A DNA stretch of 64,000 nucleotides from Spirochaetia bacterium. Its GTDB lineage: Bacteria; Spirochaetota; Spirochaetia; DSM-2461. This document shows, in pieces, positions 38,405 to 48,008 of this stretch. Below the pieces are notes generated by a model that saw nothing but the letters and a program-made list of their open reading frames with translations, ran no database searches and was not told the origin of the DNA. How positions within the stretch are numbered: position 1 is the stretch's first letter; every line of letters starts with the position of its first letter. The stretch spans positions 640,001-704,000 of the forward strand of contig CAXXIA010000002.1 in assembly GCA_963666985.2 (NCBI GenBank), in the 5' to 3' direction. The position numbers and the translations under genes are program-made.

Positions 38405-39472
38405 ATGCTCTATGATATTCGACAAATGGACGGAGGCGTCAATTCAAAGCAAGAAGTCTCATTACGCGAGGTAGCCAAACTAGCCGATGTTTCAATCGCC
38501 ACGGCATCCCTCGCCCTCAGGAATAAAGCGGGAAGCCTCGCCACGAAGGAAAAAGTCCTGCGCGCCGCAAAGCAGCTGGGGTACGTAGCCTCTTCTGCCG
38601 CAAGAACACTAAAATCAGGAAGAAGTTCCGTAATCGGCATCTACATTTTTTCAAATCCCGACGGCAGAAATTATGCCGATGAAAGTGCGTTCTTCTATCA
38701 ATTCATTAAAAGCGTGGCGGACACGGCCCGCATTAATAACCATGGTGTACTAATCGAAGACATCCCTTGGGACGTCAAAGCCGATGAAAATAACCTGCTG
38801 AAACATATACGGGGCGGCTACGTTGACGGAGTAATCCTGATTCCGCAATTCGACTATCCATACTATTTCCTTGATGAAATCGAAAGAACGGGCATTGCGT
38901 ATTGCATCTGCAATCCGGCGGACACTACGAAAAATCTCTTCTCCATATCGTTTGACAACACCGCCGCCGCACGCTTGGCCGTAACGGAATTGCTGAGTCG
39001 GCCCGTAAAGCATTTGGCAATTGTTCACGGACCGGTCAATCACGTCGAAGCGAAAATGCGCGCCGCCGGGGCCGCCGACATTACCGCCGATCTTAAAGAC
39101 GATATCTCAATAAGCATCCACTATGGCGATTTCACGATTGAAAGCGGATATGAAATCGGCAATCGTATCTTCGCGACTGAAAACCACCCGGATGCGGTCT
39201 ATGCGGCAAACGACTACATGGCCGTCGGCATTATGCGAAGCGCCATAGAACACAGCCTCCGCATCCCGACCGATGTGCGCATCGTAGGAACGGACGACAA
39301 CGAAGTGTGCCGGGCCGTAACTCCGCAGCTTACGACGGTCCGCAACCCGATATACAAAATGGGAGTACTCGCCGTCGAGTCCATCTTCACACAGCTGTCG
39401 CTGGAATCGGAAGCAACGGGAAAAAACGAAAAAACCATAAAGGCTGAGCTGATTATTCGCGGTTCTTGCTGA
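38405..39472 (+). CDS. LacI-family transcriptional regulator (start could be 38426)
   Basis: SLREVAKLADVSIATASLAL HTH, AANDYMAVG and PQLTTV. Confidence 0.92.
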   Translation: MLYDIRQMDGGVNSKQEVSLREVAKLADVSIATASLALRNKAGSLATKEKVLRAAKQLGYVASSAARTLKSGRSSVIGIYIFSNPDGRNYADESAFFYQFIKSVADTARINNHGVLIEDIPWDVKADENNLLKHIRGGYVDGVILIPQFDYPYYFLDEIERTGIAYCICNPADTTKNLFSISFDNTAAARLAVTELLSRPVKHLAIVHGPVNHVEAKMRAAGAADITADLKDDISISIHYGDFTIESGYEIGNRIFATENHPDAVYAANDYMAVGIMRSAIEHSLRIPTDVRIVGTDDNEVCRAVTPQLTTVRNPIYKMGVLAVESIFTQLSLESEATGKNEKTIKAELIIRGSC

Positions 39473-39641
39473 AAGATTAATATGGCGGGAAACAACGAAT
39501 CCTTTAAGAAGAATCTGAAGAAATATAATAAAACAGCGGCTTCCGTTATCCACGGATAAGCCGCCGCCGCTTCGGTTGTCATGATTATCCTTATTCTCTT
39601 TAAAACGAACAAGGATAACCTGTATTAATCTCTAAATAACG

Positions 39642-40373
39642 CTAACCGCCCAGATACGCCTTCTTCACCCGCTCGTCGTTCCGAAGTTCCTCCGACGAAC
39701 CTTCCGCGATGATTTCCCCGGTATCCAGAACATACCCCCGGCTCGCGAAGTCCAGCGCGATTTTGGCGTTCTGCTCCACCACGAGGATGGTGGTATGCTT
39801 CAGCTTGTTGATCTCCCGAAGGGCCCGGAACATGTCGTACATCAGCACCGGCGCCAATCCCATGGACGGTTCATCGAGCATGATGAAGGAACTGCCGGTC
39901 ATCAGTGCCCTTCCCACGGCCAGCATCTGCTGTTCACCGCCTGAGAGCGACTCGCTGCGCTGCTTGCGCCGCTCTTTGAGTCTGGGGAACAGGGAATACA
40001 CCATATCCACGGCTTCGTGGATTTCCTCCGTCTCTTCCTTTCGGGCATAGGTGGCCAATTTCAGATTCTCCGCCACGGTCAGGTTGCCGAAAATATGCCG
40101 TCCTTCGGGAACCAAAGAGAGCATTTTCTTCTGAACCAATTCATGCGGTTCTGTTTTCAGAATGCTCGTTCCGTTATAGAGGATGTCCCCGCTTTTCACT
40201 TCCGGCGCTTCCGGACGAGGAAGGCGCGCCAGGGACATCAGCGTCGAGGTTTTGCCGGCACCGTTGGATCCGATGAGGGTAACGATTTCCCCTTCGTCCA
40301 CATGAAACGAAACGCCGTGCAGGGCTTCGATGGCGCCGTAATTAACCACCAGGTCTTTGACTTCGAGCAGCAT
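39642..40373 (-). CDS. livF: Branched-chain amino acid ABC transporter ATPase
   Basis: GSNGAGKTS, LSGGEQQMLA and LDEPSMGLAP. Confidence 0.93.
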   Translation of the reverse strand: MLLEVKDLVVNYGAIEALHGVSFHVDEGEIVTLIGSNGAGKTSTLMSLARLPRPEAPEVKSGDILYNGTSILKTEPHELVQKKMLSLVPEGRHIFGNLTVAENLKLATYARKEETEEIHEAVDMVYSLFPRLKERRKQRSESLSGGEQQMLAVGRALMTGSSFIMLDEPSMGLAPVLMYDMFRALREINKLKHTTILVVEQNAKIALDFASRGYVLDTGEIIAEGSSEELRNDERVKKAYLGG

Positions 40374-41146
40374 CAGATTTCCCCCTCTCCCAGATAGGCC
40401 TTGATGACTTCGGGGTTGCTTTGGACTTCATCGGGCGTACCGGTCATCAGCTCCCGTCCGAAGTCGATCACCTTAATCCGGCTGCACAGGGTCATGATCA
40501 CCTGCATCTGATGCTCGATCATCCAGATCGTTAAATCGAAATTTTCCTTAATCCAGCGGATATAGTGGATCAGCTCCACCACGTCGGCGGAACTTAAACC
40601 CGCCGCGGGTTCGTCGAGCATCAAAAGATCCGGCTGCAGCGAAAGAGCCCGGGCAATTTCAACGCGCCTCTGCACGCCATAAGGCAGATTCTTGGGCATC
40701 TCGTCGGCCAAATCGGCAAGCTGGAATTCCTCAAGCAGTTCCCTGGCAACCCTTTCCAGCTCCTTCTCGCGTTCCTTGTATTTCCGATTGTGCAGCAGAG
40801 CGTCCCACAGACCGTAACCCAGCCGGTAATGCTGAGAAATCTTAATGTTGTCCAGAACGGTCATATCGGACCAAAGCCGAATGTTCTGAAAAGTCCGTCC
40901 GATCTGCCTGGAGGCGATCTGATGAGGCTTTAATCCGTTGATTCGCTCACCTTTATAAAGAACATCTCCTTCGCTGGGAACGTAGAACCCGCTCACCAAG
41001 TTGAATACCGTGGTTTTACCGGCGCCGTTCGGTCCGATAAGGCCGACGATTTCACCTTTTTTAATATCGAAATTCAAATTCGAGACTGCGGTGAGTCCGC
41101 CGAAGCGGTGCGTGAGATCTTTGATTTCAAGGAGTGTTTCAGCCAT
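40373..41146 (-). CDS. livG: Branched-chain amino acid ABC transporter ATPase
   Basis: GPNGAGKTT, RTFQNIRL, LPYG.QRR.EIARAL and LDEPAAG. Confidence 0.93.
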   Translation of the reverse strand: MAETLLEIKDLTHRFGGLTAVSNLNFDIKKGEIVGLIGPNGAGKTTVFNLVSGFYVPSEGDVLYKGERINGLKPHQIASRQIGRTFQNIRLWSDMTVLDNIKISQHYRLGYGLWDALLHNRKYKEREKELERVARELLEEFQLADLADEMPKNLPYGVQRRVEIARALSLQPDLLMLDEPAAGLSSADVVELIHYIRWIKENFDLTIWMIEHQMQVIMTLCSRIKVIDFGRELMTGTPDEVQSNPEVIKAYLGEGEI

Positions 41147-42263
41147 TGAACCCCTCCTCCGCAGGTGCTCCGGAAACAGCGTTTCCGCCGCCGGAACTCT
41201 TCCCTGCCCCGCTTCCCGTACCGCGGCCCAAAATCCGCTTTAAAGCCGGAAACACATCGGTCAGCTCCCTGTTTCCAAGCAGTCCTTCGGGCCTGAACTG
41301 CATCAGCAATATGAGCATGAGCGGAATAATAACCCACTTGAGAATCTGCAGAGGCCGCAGGGCTTCCAGCATAAGGGTGAACAGCACCGCCGAAAGCACC
41401 GAACCGCTCAAGGAACCCATACCGCCGAGATAAACCATCACAAGGCCCTCGGTGGACTTGAAAATGTTGAACGAAGCCGGATTCACGAATCCCATGACAT
41501 GGGCGAACAAGCCACCGGCAATCCCGGCGAGGCCGGAAGAAAGCATGAAGGCCACGAGCTTCATATGATTCGTATTAACACTCATAATCTCGGCGGAAAT
41601 TTCATCATAGCGGATGGAAGAAATCCCCTTGCCGAACGTGGAGTTCATCACCCGTCTGATTACCACGACGGTAAGCACCACGAAAACGAAAATCCAGATA
41701 ATCATATAGGGCAAATCGATAACGCCCTCCATGGCCCGGAGAGTTTTCTTCATGCCCATGAAGCCCCTCGAACCACCCACGGCTTCGATATTGTTGATCA
41801 GCGTTACGATGATGAAGTTCGCCGCGATGGTGATGATGGCCAGATAGTCGTCCCGGGTTTTGAATGACGGGATGGCCACCAAAAGACCGAAGACGGCCGC
41901 GACGAGTCCGCCGACGATAATCACGAGGGGAAACAAAATCACCGCAGAACCGGGGGGCAGCAGCGGTTCCCCGGTAAAATCATTCGGCGAAAACAGAATC
42001 ACCGATAATACCGAAGAGACATAGGCCCCGACGGCCATGAACCCGCCGTGACCGCAGGCGAACTCTCCCATATAGCCGTTCACGATGTTCAAACTGGCCG
42101 AAAAGATAATGTTGATGCCGATGAACATCAGCACCGACTGGATGTACTTGTTGATCACCCCGCCCATGGTCAGGCCGAGGATAAGAATAAAAAGCCCAAG
42201 AACGGCAAGAGTTCCGACGGGCAGGCGCGTTTTGCGCTTCGCAAGTGCAGGTATATCGTTCAT
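41139..42263 (-). CDS. livM: Branched-chain amino acid ABC transporter permease
   Basis: SLNIVNGYMGE, DYLAIIT, LGGMGS and FRPEGL. Confidence 0.92.
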   Translation of the reverse strand: MNDIPALAKRKTRLPVGTLAVLGLFILILGLTMGGVINKYIQSVLMFIGINIIFSASLNIVNGYMGEFACGHGGFMAVGAYVSSVLSVILFSPNDFTGEPLLPPGSAVILFPLVIIVGGLVAAVFGLLVAIPSFKTRDDYLAIITIAANFIIVTLINNIEAVGGSRGFMGMKKTLRAMEGVIDLPYMIIWIFVFVVLTVVVIRRVMNSTFGKGISSIRYDEISAEIMSVNTNHMKLVAFMLSSGLAGIAGGLFAHVMGFVNPASFNIFKSTEGLVMVYLGGMGSLSGSVLSAVLFTLMLEALRPLQILKWVIIPLMLILLMQFRPEGLLGNRELTDVFPALKRILGRGTGSGAGKSSGGGNAVSGAPAEEGFNG

Positions 42264-42273
42264 GCCGCGCCTC

Positions 42274-43188
42274 CTATATTTTCGTGCTCTTGGCGATGCC
42301 GAAGAAGCCGGTTGGTTTCAGTGTGAGAATGACGAGCAGAATCACAAAGGAAATCAGATCCTTGTAGCTCGAAGGGAAAAAGGTAATAACGAATATCTCA
42401 ATGAATCCCAAAAGAAATCCGCCGATGAAAGCGCCCTTGATGTCGCCGATACCGCCGACGACGGCCGCGATAAAGGCTTTCCACCCGATGATCATTCCCA
42501 TATAGGGATTCAGCACGGGATATGAGAGTCCGAAAAGCATTCCGGCAACGGCGGCCAGAGACGAGCCCAGGACAAAAGTAACGACAATAATGCGGTTAAC
42601 GGGAATGCCCATCAGCGGGATGGCGAACTTGTCGTAGGAAATGGCCCGCATGGCCATGCCGATCTGGGTTCTGGTAACGAAGAACTGCAGAAAGGCGAAA
42701 ACAACAAAGGAGGCGATGATAACAAGGATTCTCAGGTTCGTCAGATGAATACCGCCGAACTCGATGATGTTCTTGCCGATTATCTCGGGGAACCGAAGAG
42801 CGCTGGCGCCGAGAACGGCCAGGTTCCCGTTCTCCAGAATGAATCCCACCATCAGGGCCGTAATAACGACATAAAGCCTGTGGGCGCCTTTTTTCCGTAA
42901 AGGACGGTATGCAACCCTTTCGATGAACACGCCCAGGCCCGCGGTCAGTCCCATGGTGGCCACGAGAGTGAGGAAGAACACAACGGTGCCCGGCAGGGGG
43001 ATCGCCAAGCCCAACAGGCCCGTACCGATGAAGAAGGCGAAATAACAGGCCATCATGAAGATGTCACCGTGGGCGAAATTGATCAGCCTTAATACGCCGT
43101 AGACCAGACAGTAGCCCAGGGCGATCATGGAATAGAAGCTTCCCCACTGAAGACCGTTGAAGACGTTTTGAAGCAGTGTTTGCAACAT
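42274..43188 (-). CDS. livH: Branched-chain amino acid ABC transporter permease
   Basis: YGVLRLINFAHGD and KAFIAAVVGGIG. Confidence 0.93.
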   Translation of the reverse strand: MLQTLLQNVFNGLQWGSFYSMIALGYCLVYGVLRLINFAHGDIFMMACYFAFFIGTGLLGLAIPLPGTVVFFLTLVATMGLTAGLGVFIERVAYRPLRKKGAHRLYVVITALMVGFILENGNLAVLGASALRFPEIIGKNIIEFGGIHLTNLRILVIIASFVVFAFLQFFVTRTQIGMAMRAISYDKFAIPLMGIPVNRIIVVTFVLGSSLAAVAGMLFGLSYPVLNPYMGMIIGWKAFIAAVVGGIGDIKGAFIGGFLLGFIEIFVITFFPSSYKDLISFVILLVILTLKPTGFFGIAKSTKI

Positions 43189-43355
43189 AATTAACAGTTA
43201 TCTCTTAGGTAGTGGTTTTATACGTTCGGACACAGGCCGAACGCGATGATGAGGCCGCCGGAGCGGCCTCCGTATCGGATCGATTATACACGATTGTCGG
43301 TTCGGCGCCGCAAAATCGAGTAAAAACCCGGTTTGCGCGCCGAATCGGCCGATTG

Positions 43356-44537
43356 TTACGGACTTAAAGTCTTTACGAACTCGAACTCGCCTTTATCGTT
43401 CACCTGAACAACAACCGCGTCCTTGATGGGATCGCCGTCGGGAGTAAAGGTCATCTTGCCGGTAATTCCGGGATAGTCCTTGATGGACGCGATGGCATCT
43501 TTAATGGCTGTTCTGTCGGCTTCAAGATCGCCGGTCAGTCCCGCGTTCTGAATGGCCGTAAGAACGATGTTCACCGCATCGTAGGTCAGCGCGGCGACAT
43601 CGTCGGGCGTATAGCCGTAGGCCGCTTCATACGCGTCGATGAATTCTTTGGTTTCGCCTTTGGCACCGGCCGCGGCGTAATGAGTGGTGAAGTAATATCC
43701 CTTCACGGCACCGTTGGAAAGTTTCCAAAGGTCGGCGGAGCCCCATGCGTCGGCGCCGAAAACCACGCCGTCCCAGCCCAATTCCTGAGCCTGGGGAACA
43801 ATCAGTCCGACGAAGTTGTAGTAGCAGGGCAGATAGAGCATTTCGGCTCCGCTGGCGATGATTTTCGTCAGCTGGACCGAGAAGTCCTGATCTTTCTGAC
43901 CAAAGCTCTCGAACGCCAGAACCGAACCGGCTCCGTTGGCCTTTTCCCAGGCGCCTTTAAACAATTCGGCAAGAGTTTTGGAATAGTCGGATTCCAGGTT
44001 GTACAGAACGGCGCAGGTATCGACGTCGAACTGTTCCTCGGCGAACTTCACGGCCACGGGAGCCTGGAAGGGATCCAGGAAGCAGGCCCGGAAAACATAA
44101 GGTCTGTCCAGGGTGGTGTTGGGGTTGGTGGACCAAGGGCTGATCAGCGGAACGCCGTTTTCCTCGGCAACGCCGCCGGCGGGAATGGCCTGGCTGGAGC
44201 CGTCGGGTCCGACAATGGCCAGAACTTCATCCTGCTCAATGAGTTTATAGGCGGCGGTAACGGCCGTATCGGGCTTGAAGGCATTATCTTCGTAGATAAA
44301 CTCAAGCATGTAGCGTTCGCCGCCCACGAGGAGACCGCCCTCGCCGTTGATTTTTTCTTTCACCAGCTCGGCGGCATACTTGGATCCTTCTCCAACCTTC
44401 GGACTGTCGCCGGTCAGGGGAATGTCGAACCCGATCTTGATGGTATCAGGCTCTTTTTTGCACCCGGTAAAAAAAAGTCCGGTAACGGCAAGACATAAAA
44501 GGGTTAGTAAAAAAAGAAACCTCTTCGCTGTGCTCAT
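43356..44537 (-). CDS. livK: Amino acid ABC transporter substrate-binding lipoprotein (LivK/LivJ family)
   Basis: Lipobox FTGC, IKIG...PLTG, FRACFLDPFQ and ALTYDAV. GGAGG RBS. Confidence 0.88.
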   Translation of the reverse strand: MSTAKRFLFLLTLLCLAVTGLFFTGCKKEPDTIKIGFDIPLTGDSPKVGEGSKYAAELVKEKINGEGGLLVGGERYMLEFIYEDNAFKPDTAVTAAYKLIEQDEVLAIVGPDGSSQAIPAGGVAEENGVPLISPWSTNPNTTLDRPYVFRACFLDPFQAPVAVKFAEEQFDVDTCAVLYNLESDYSKTLAELFKGAWEKANGAGSVLAFESFGQKDQDFSVQLTKIIASGAEMLYLPCYYNFVGLIVPQAQELGWDGVVFGADAWGSADLWKLSNGAVKGYYFTTHYAAAGAKGETKEFIDAYEAAYGYTPDDVAALTYDAVNIVLTAIQNAGLTGDLEADRTAIKDAIASIKDYPGITGKMTFTPDGDPIKDAVVVQVNDKGEFEFVKTLSP

Positions 44538-44581
44538 AGTGATCCTCCAAGAGCAATAAAATTAGTGTGATATTTTATATG

Positions 44582-44598
44582 AGCATTAATTGTGCCAA
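44582..44598 (-). promoter_or_regulatory. Sigma54 (-24/-12) promoter of the liv operon
   Basis: Minus strand TTGGCACAATTAATGCT matches TGGCAC-N5-(T/A)TGC, 45 nt upstream of the start codon. Confidence 0.72.
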
Positions 44599-44731
44599 CA
44601 ACTTTTTTCTTCTCCGAAACCCTTCAAAACCCCTTTTTTCGATGGACATTCGACAATTAACGACAATATTGTAGGTTATTGCGCCGGTTTCTTACGATGA
44701 GGTAACTTGCCGGCGGAGTCTCGAAGCACCG

Positions 44732-45949
44732 TTATTCCGCCGTTTCAACAGCCTGCACATCCTTCATCCGGCTTACGAAAAATACACCGATGATAAGCAG
44801 ACATACGGCCAACAGAAGCGAAGGAGTAAAGGCTCCCTCGTCATTTTTCATGGCTTCCATCACATAAACGAACACAACCGCGCCCTGACCGAAAAGCTGA
44901 ATCAGTCCGTTCGACGTTCCTTCCGGAGTGGGACGGGTTACCTCGGCCGCGTACTGTATGGCCACGGGAAGAGCACTCACGAGAAAAAAGCCCAGCACGG
45001 CGGCGGAAATCAAAAGAAGCGGAAGATTCGTCGCGAAGGTAACTCCCAGCAAACCCGGTACGGCGCCTATAAGGGAAATATAAAGGAATCTCTGCCGCCG
45101 CCCCTGCCGGTCCGAAAGAGCGGGAATAACCACGGCTCCGACCAAGCCCCCGCCTATCATGACGGCGCCCAAAGTTCCCGCCGCCGACGGACCGAATCCC
45201 CTGGGGCGGATAATCCCTTCCACCCATGTGGAGACTCCGTTGAAAATCCCCAGGCCCACGAAAGCGACGGCCAGCGTGAAGAGAAAGGGAACGGATGAAA
45301 AAGCGTTTTTCAGTCCGTCCAGCATCAAGGCCCTCTCCTGCGCCGCGTCCTCGCAGGGCGGTATTTTCGGCTCCTCGCGAGCCAACACAAGAAACAGCGC
45401 GGCCGAGATCGCCGCGGCAATTCCGAAAAGAAACTGAACCCGGTCAATACCCATCCCCGATTCCGTCATCATCGGAGGAACCACCATTCCGAGGGCCGTG
45501 CCGATGAGATTCGCCAAAGTAATCATTCCCACAGCCGTCGCCCGCTGATCCTGCGGAAACCATTTTGCCGGCATCGTCGTCCAGGAGTTCAGTAAAAGAG
45601 GCTGAATAGCCGCGATACAAAACGTTGAAATCAGTACCATCGGATAACGGCTTCCCGCCAGTCCCCGAAGAACGGCGAAAAGCCCCATGACGACGGCGCC
45701 GAATGCCACCGATTTCCGGGCGCCCAGAGTATCGATGGCCCAGGAAGCCGGTATGGATAACGGGATAAAAGCAATCATGAAGCTCATCGACAAAAGACCG
45801 ATCTTCAAATCCGTTACGCCGTAGAATTCCGCGGCAAGACCCGTAACGGGCGCAAAGCTGATCCACAGCATTTGTATCGTAAGGTTAACGAACATGTACG
45901 CGGCAAGGACCGCCCAGCGATAGGGAAGCGGTTTATAGGATGGATTCAT
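44732..45949 (-). CDS. MFS transporter
   Basis: About 12 TM segments, YRWAVL, KWFP..QRATA and SDRQGRR. Start at the ATG at 45949, behind TTGACC-17-TAATGT. Confidence 0.88.
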   Translation of the reverse strand: MNPSYKPLPYRWAVLAAYMFVNLTIQMLWISFAPVTGLAAEFYGVTDLKIGLLSMSFMIAFIPLSIPASWAIDTLGARKSVAFGAVVMGLFAVLRGLAGSRYPMVLISTFCIAAIQPLLLNSWTTMPAKWFPQDQRATAVGMITLANLIGTALGMVVPPMMTESGMGIDRVQFLFGIAAAISAALFLVLAREEPKIPPCEDAAQERALMLDGLKNAFSSVPFLFTLAVAFVGLGIFNGVSTWVEGIIRPRGFGPSAAGTLGAVMIGGGLVGAVVIPALSDRQGRRQRFLYISLIGAVPGLLGVTFATNLPLLLISAAVLGFFLVSALPVAIQYAAEVTRPTPEGTSNGLIQLFGQGAVVFVYVMEAMKNDEGAFTPSLLLAVCLLIIGVFFVSRMKDVQAVETAE

Positions 45950-46185
45950 GCGAATTACATTAACCGGCGTTTCGTGAGCGGTCAACGTGAAAGATTCATG
46001 GAAACCGCCGCGGACTCCTCTTTTCCCGCCTAAAATGCCACTCATGAAAAGCGGACCGCCGGCGAATCCCTCTTAATGAGGAATGCGCCTCCTGCCTCAT
46101 TAGAGCCCCATTACATCCTCTTTAACTGGATACCTGTTTACCGATATGCAATAATGAATCAGCTCATACGGAATAAGGAGGCATT

Positions 46186-47052
46186 ATGTCGAAACTGCGT
46201 GGCGGATTAATACAGATGGGACTCAAGGAGTCCGCGGAGAAACACCCGGAAACCATCCGGAAGGCCATGGTGGAAGCCCATATTCCTTTCATTGAAGAGG
46301 CGGGAAAGAGGGGCGTTCAAGTCCTTTGCATGCAGGAAGTGTTCAACCAGCCCTACTTCTGTCCCAGTCAGGACAAGAAATGGTATGACGCCGCCGAAAA
46401 AGTTCCCGAAGGTCCGACGACGAGCCTGATGAAAGAATACGCGAAAAAATATCAAATGGTCATCGTCGCGCCCATCTACGAGGAAACAATTACAGGCGTT
46501 TACTACAATACGGCCGCCGTCATCGACGCCGACGGAACCTACCTGGGCAAATACCACAAAACGCATATTCCGCACGTCGGCGGATTCTGGGAAAAGTTCT
46601 TCTTCAAACCCGGCGCGTCCGGCTGGCCGGTATTCAGCACCCAGTATGTAAAACTCGGCGTGTACATCTGCTACGACCGCCACTTTCCCGAAGGCTGGCG
46701 CGCCCTGGCCCTGAACGGCGCCGAATACATCGTGAATCCCTCGGCCACCTGCGCCGGAATCTCGGAATACCTCTGGAAACTGGAACAGCCGGCCTCCGCC
46801 GTGGCCAACGGCTGCTGGATCGGCGCCATCAACCGCGTCGGACGCGAACAGCCCTGGAACATCGGCGAATTCTACGGATCAAGCTATTTCGTGAATCCCC
46901 GCGGAGAAATCGAAGCCATCGCCTCCCGCGACAAAGACGAACTCATCGTCCACGACATGAACATGGACATGGTGAAAGAAATCCGGAGCAACTGGCAGTT
47001 CTTCCGCGACCGCCGTCCCGACGCTTACGATCGATTAACCGCGCTGGAATAG
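46186..47052 (+). CDS. Nitrilase-superfamily C-N hydrolase, beta-ureidopropionase-like
   Basis: Catalytic triad in QEVF, K.HIP and ICYDRHFPE. GFWEKFFF and WQFFRDRRP. AAGGAGG RBS. Confidence 0.85.
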   Translation: MSKLRGGLIQMGLKESAEKHPETIRKAMVEAHIPFIEEAGKRGVQVLCMQEVFNQPYFCPSQDKKWYDAAEKVPEGPTTSLMKEYAKKYQMVIVAPIYEETITGVYYNTAAVIDADGTYLGKYHKTHIPHVGGFWEKFFFKPGASGWPVFSTQYVKLGVYICYDRHFPEGWRALALNGAEYIVNPSATCAGISEYLWKLEQPASAVANGCWIGAINRVGREQPWNIGEFYGSSYFVNPRGEIEAIASRDKDELIVHDMNMDMVKEIRSNWQFFRDRRPDAYDRLTALE

Positions 47053-47146
47053 TCTCCCGCTCAAGATGTTTTTGGGCAAATTTTCGCCCCTCCGCCGTCC
47101 GCGGCCGCGGGGCGAAAACCGCGCTTTTCGGGGGTTCCGTCCGGCA

Positions 47147-47260
47147 CAGCTGTTGAGGCTCGCGATTCGCCGCTGTCGAACCGCTGTTGAGCTCGCTATT
47201 TCGCATTGCGAAACAGCTGTTGAGGCTCGCTATTTCGCTTTGCGAAACAGCTGTTGGGGA
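47147..47260 (+). repeat. Tandem ~34-nt palindromic repeat (three units plus a partial unit)
   Basis: Units start at 47147, 47181, 47214 and 47248. Consensus CAGCTGTTGAGGCTCGCTATTTCGC-NTT-GCGAAA. Lies between convergent genes. Confidence 0.8.
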
Positions 47261-47324
47261 CCGCCTGCGGCGCCCCTGCAATCGCTTTTGCGTTTCTTCC
47301 GCCGTATGCGGCTCAACCCGTCGT

Positions 47325-47945
47325 TCAAGACTCCGCCAGCCAGCCTCCGACGACCTTTTCCGCGAAAGCACGAATTTCACTGTTCGATTCTTCGGAAGAC
47401 GGCTCGATTAATTTTCGGATAATCAGCCCGTCCAGAAAGGCCATGATGGTCCGGGAAATCTCTTCGATTTCCCTCACTTCCATGAAACGGAATTCCCCGC
47501 TGCCCACCCCGTATTCCACAATTTCCCGAATCCCCCGATTGTACCCGGCGTAAAACTCCCGAACCAGCCGGGCGATATCGGCGTCCCTGTCGACCGCCGC
47601 GTACAGCTGGAGCATCAGATTCCGCCTTGCGGATGATGGAATACCGAAATGTTCACTTCCAGGAGAGGGGGGCAGAAAAAGCAAATCGAGAACGTAGTTG
47701 AGCACTTCCCCGGCGCCCGCCTTTCCGTCGGTCCTTTCCAGAAAATAAGAGAGGAACGCCTTGCAGGCCTCGTAAACAACGGACCTTTTGCTCCCGAAGT
47801 AGTAACTCACGATTCCCTTGGAAACGCCGCAATCCCGGGAAATATCCTCCAGCCGCACACCGTCAATCCCCTTATCCGCGATCTGCCGGAGTGCGGCGTC
47901 GATAATCTGTTTTCGCCGAATCGGCTCCATTCCTACTTTCGGCAT
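47325..47945 (-). CDS. TetR-family regulator, BetI-like
   Basis: MPKVGMEPIRRKQIIDA N-terminus and GVSKGIVSYYFGSK HTH. Confidence 0.88.
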   Translation of the reverse strand: MPKVGMEPIRRKQIIDAALRQIADKGIDGVRLEDISRDCGVSKGIVSYYFGSKRSVVYEACKAFLSYFLERTDGKAGAGEVLNYVLDLLFLPPSPGSEHFGIPSSARRNLMLQLYAAVDRDADIARLVREFYAGYNRGIREIVEYGVGSGEFRFMEVREIEEISRTIMAFLDGLIIRKLIEPSSEESNSEIRAFAEKVVGGWLAES

Positions 47946-48008
47946 TGCTCAATTCTCCTCGTCTTCAGTCCCGGCATCCCCGGCCGACCTCCGGGGCGCA
48001 CTTCAATT

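Noticed and set aside
16360..39600. Single mobile genomic island
   Set aside because: Composition is patchily AT-richer, but no integrase, transposase, tRNA target or flanking direct repeats were seen.
47147..47260. Possible mini CRISPR array
   Set aside because: Units are directly tandem with no unique spacers, and there are no cas genes in the window.
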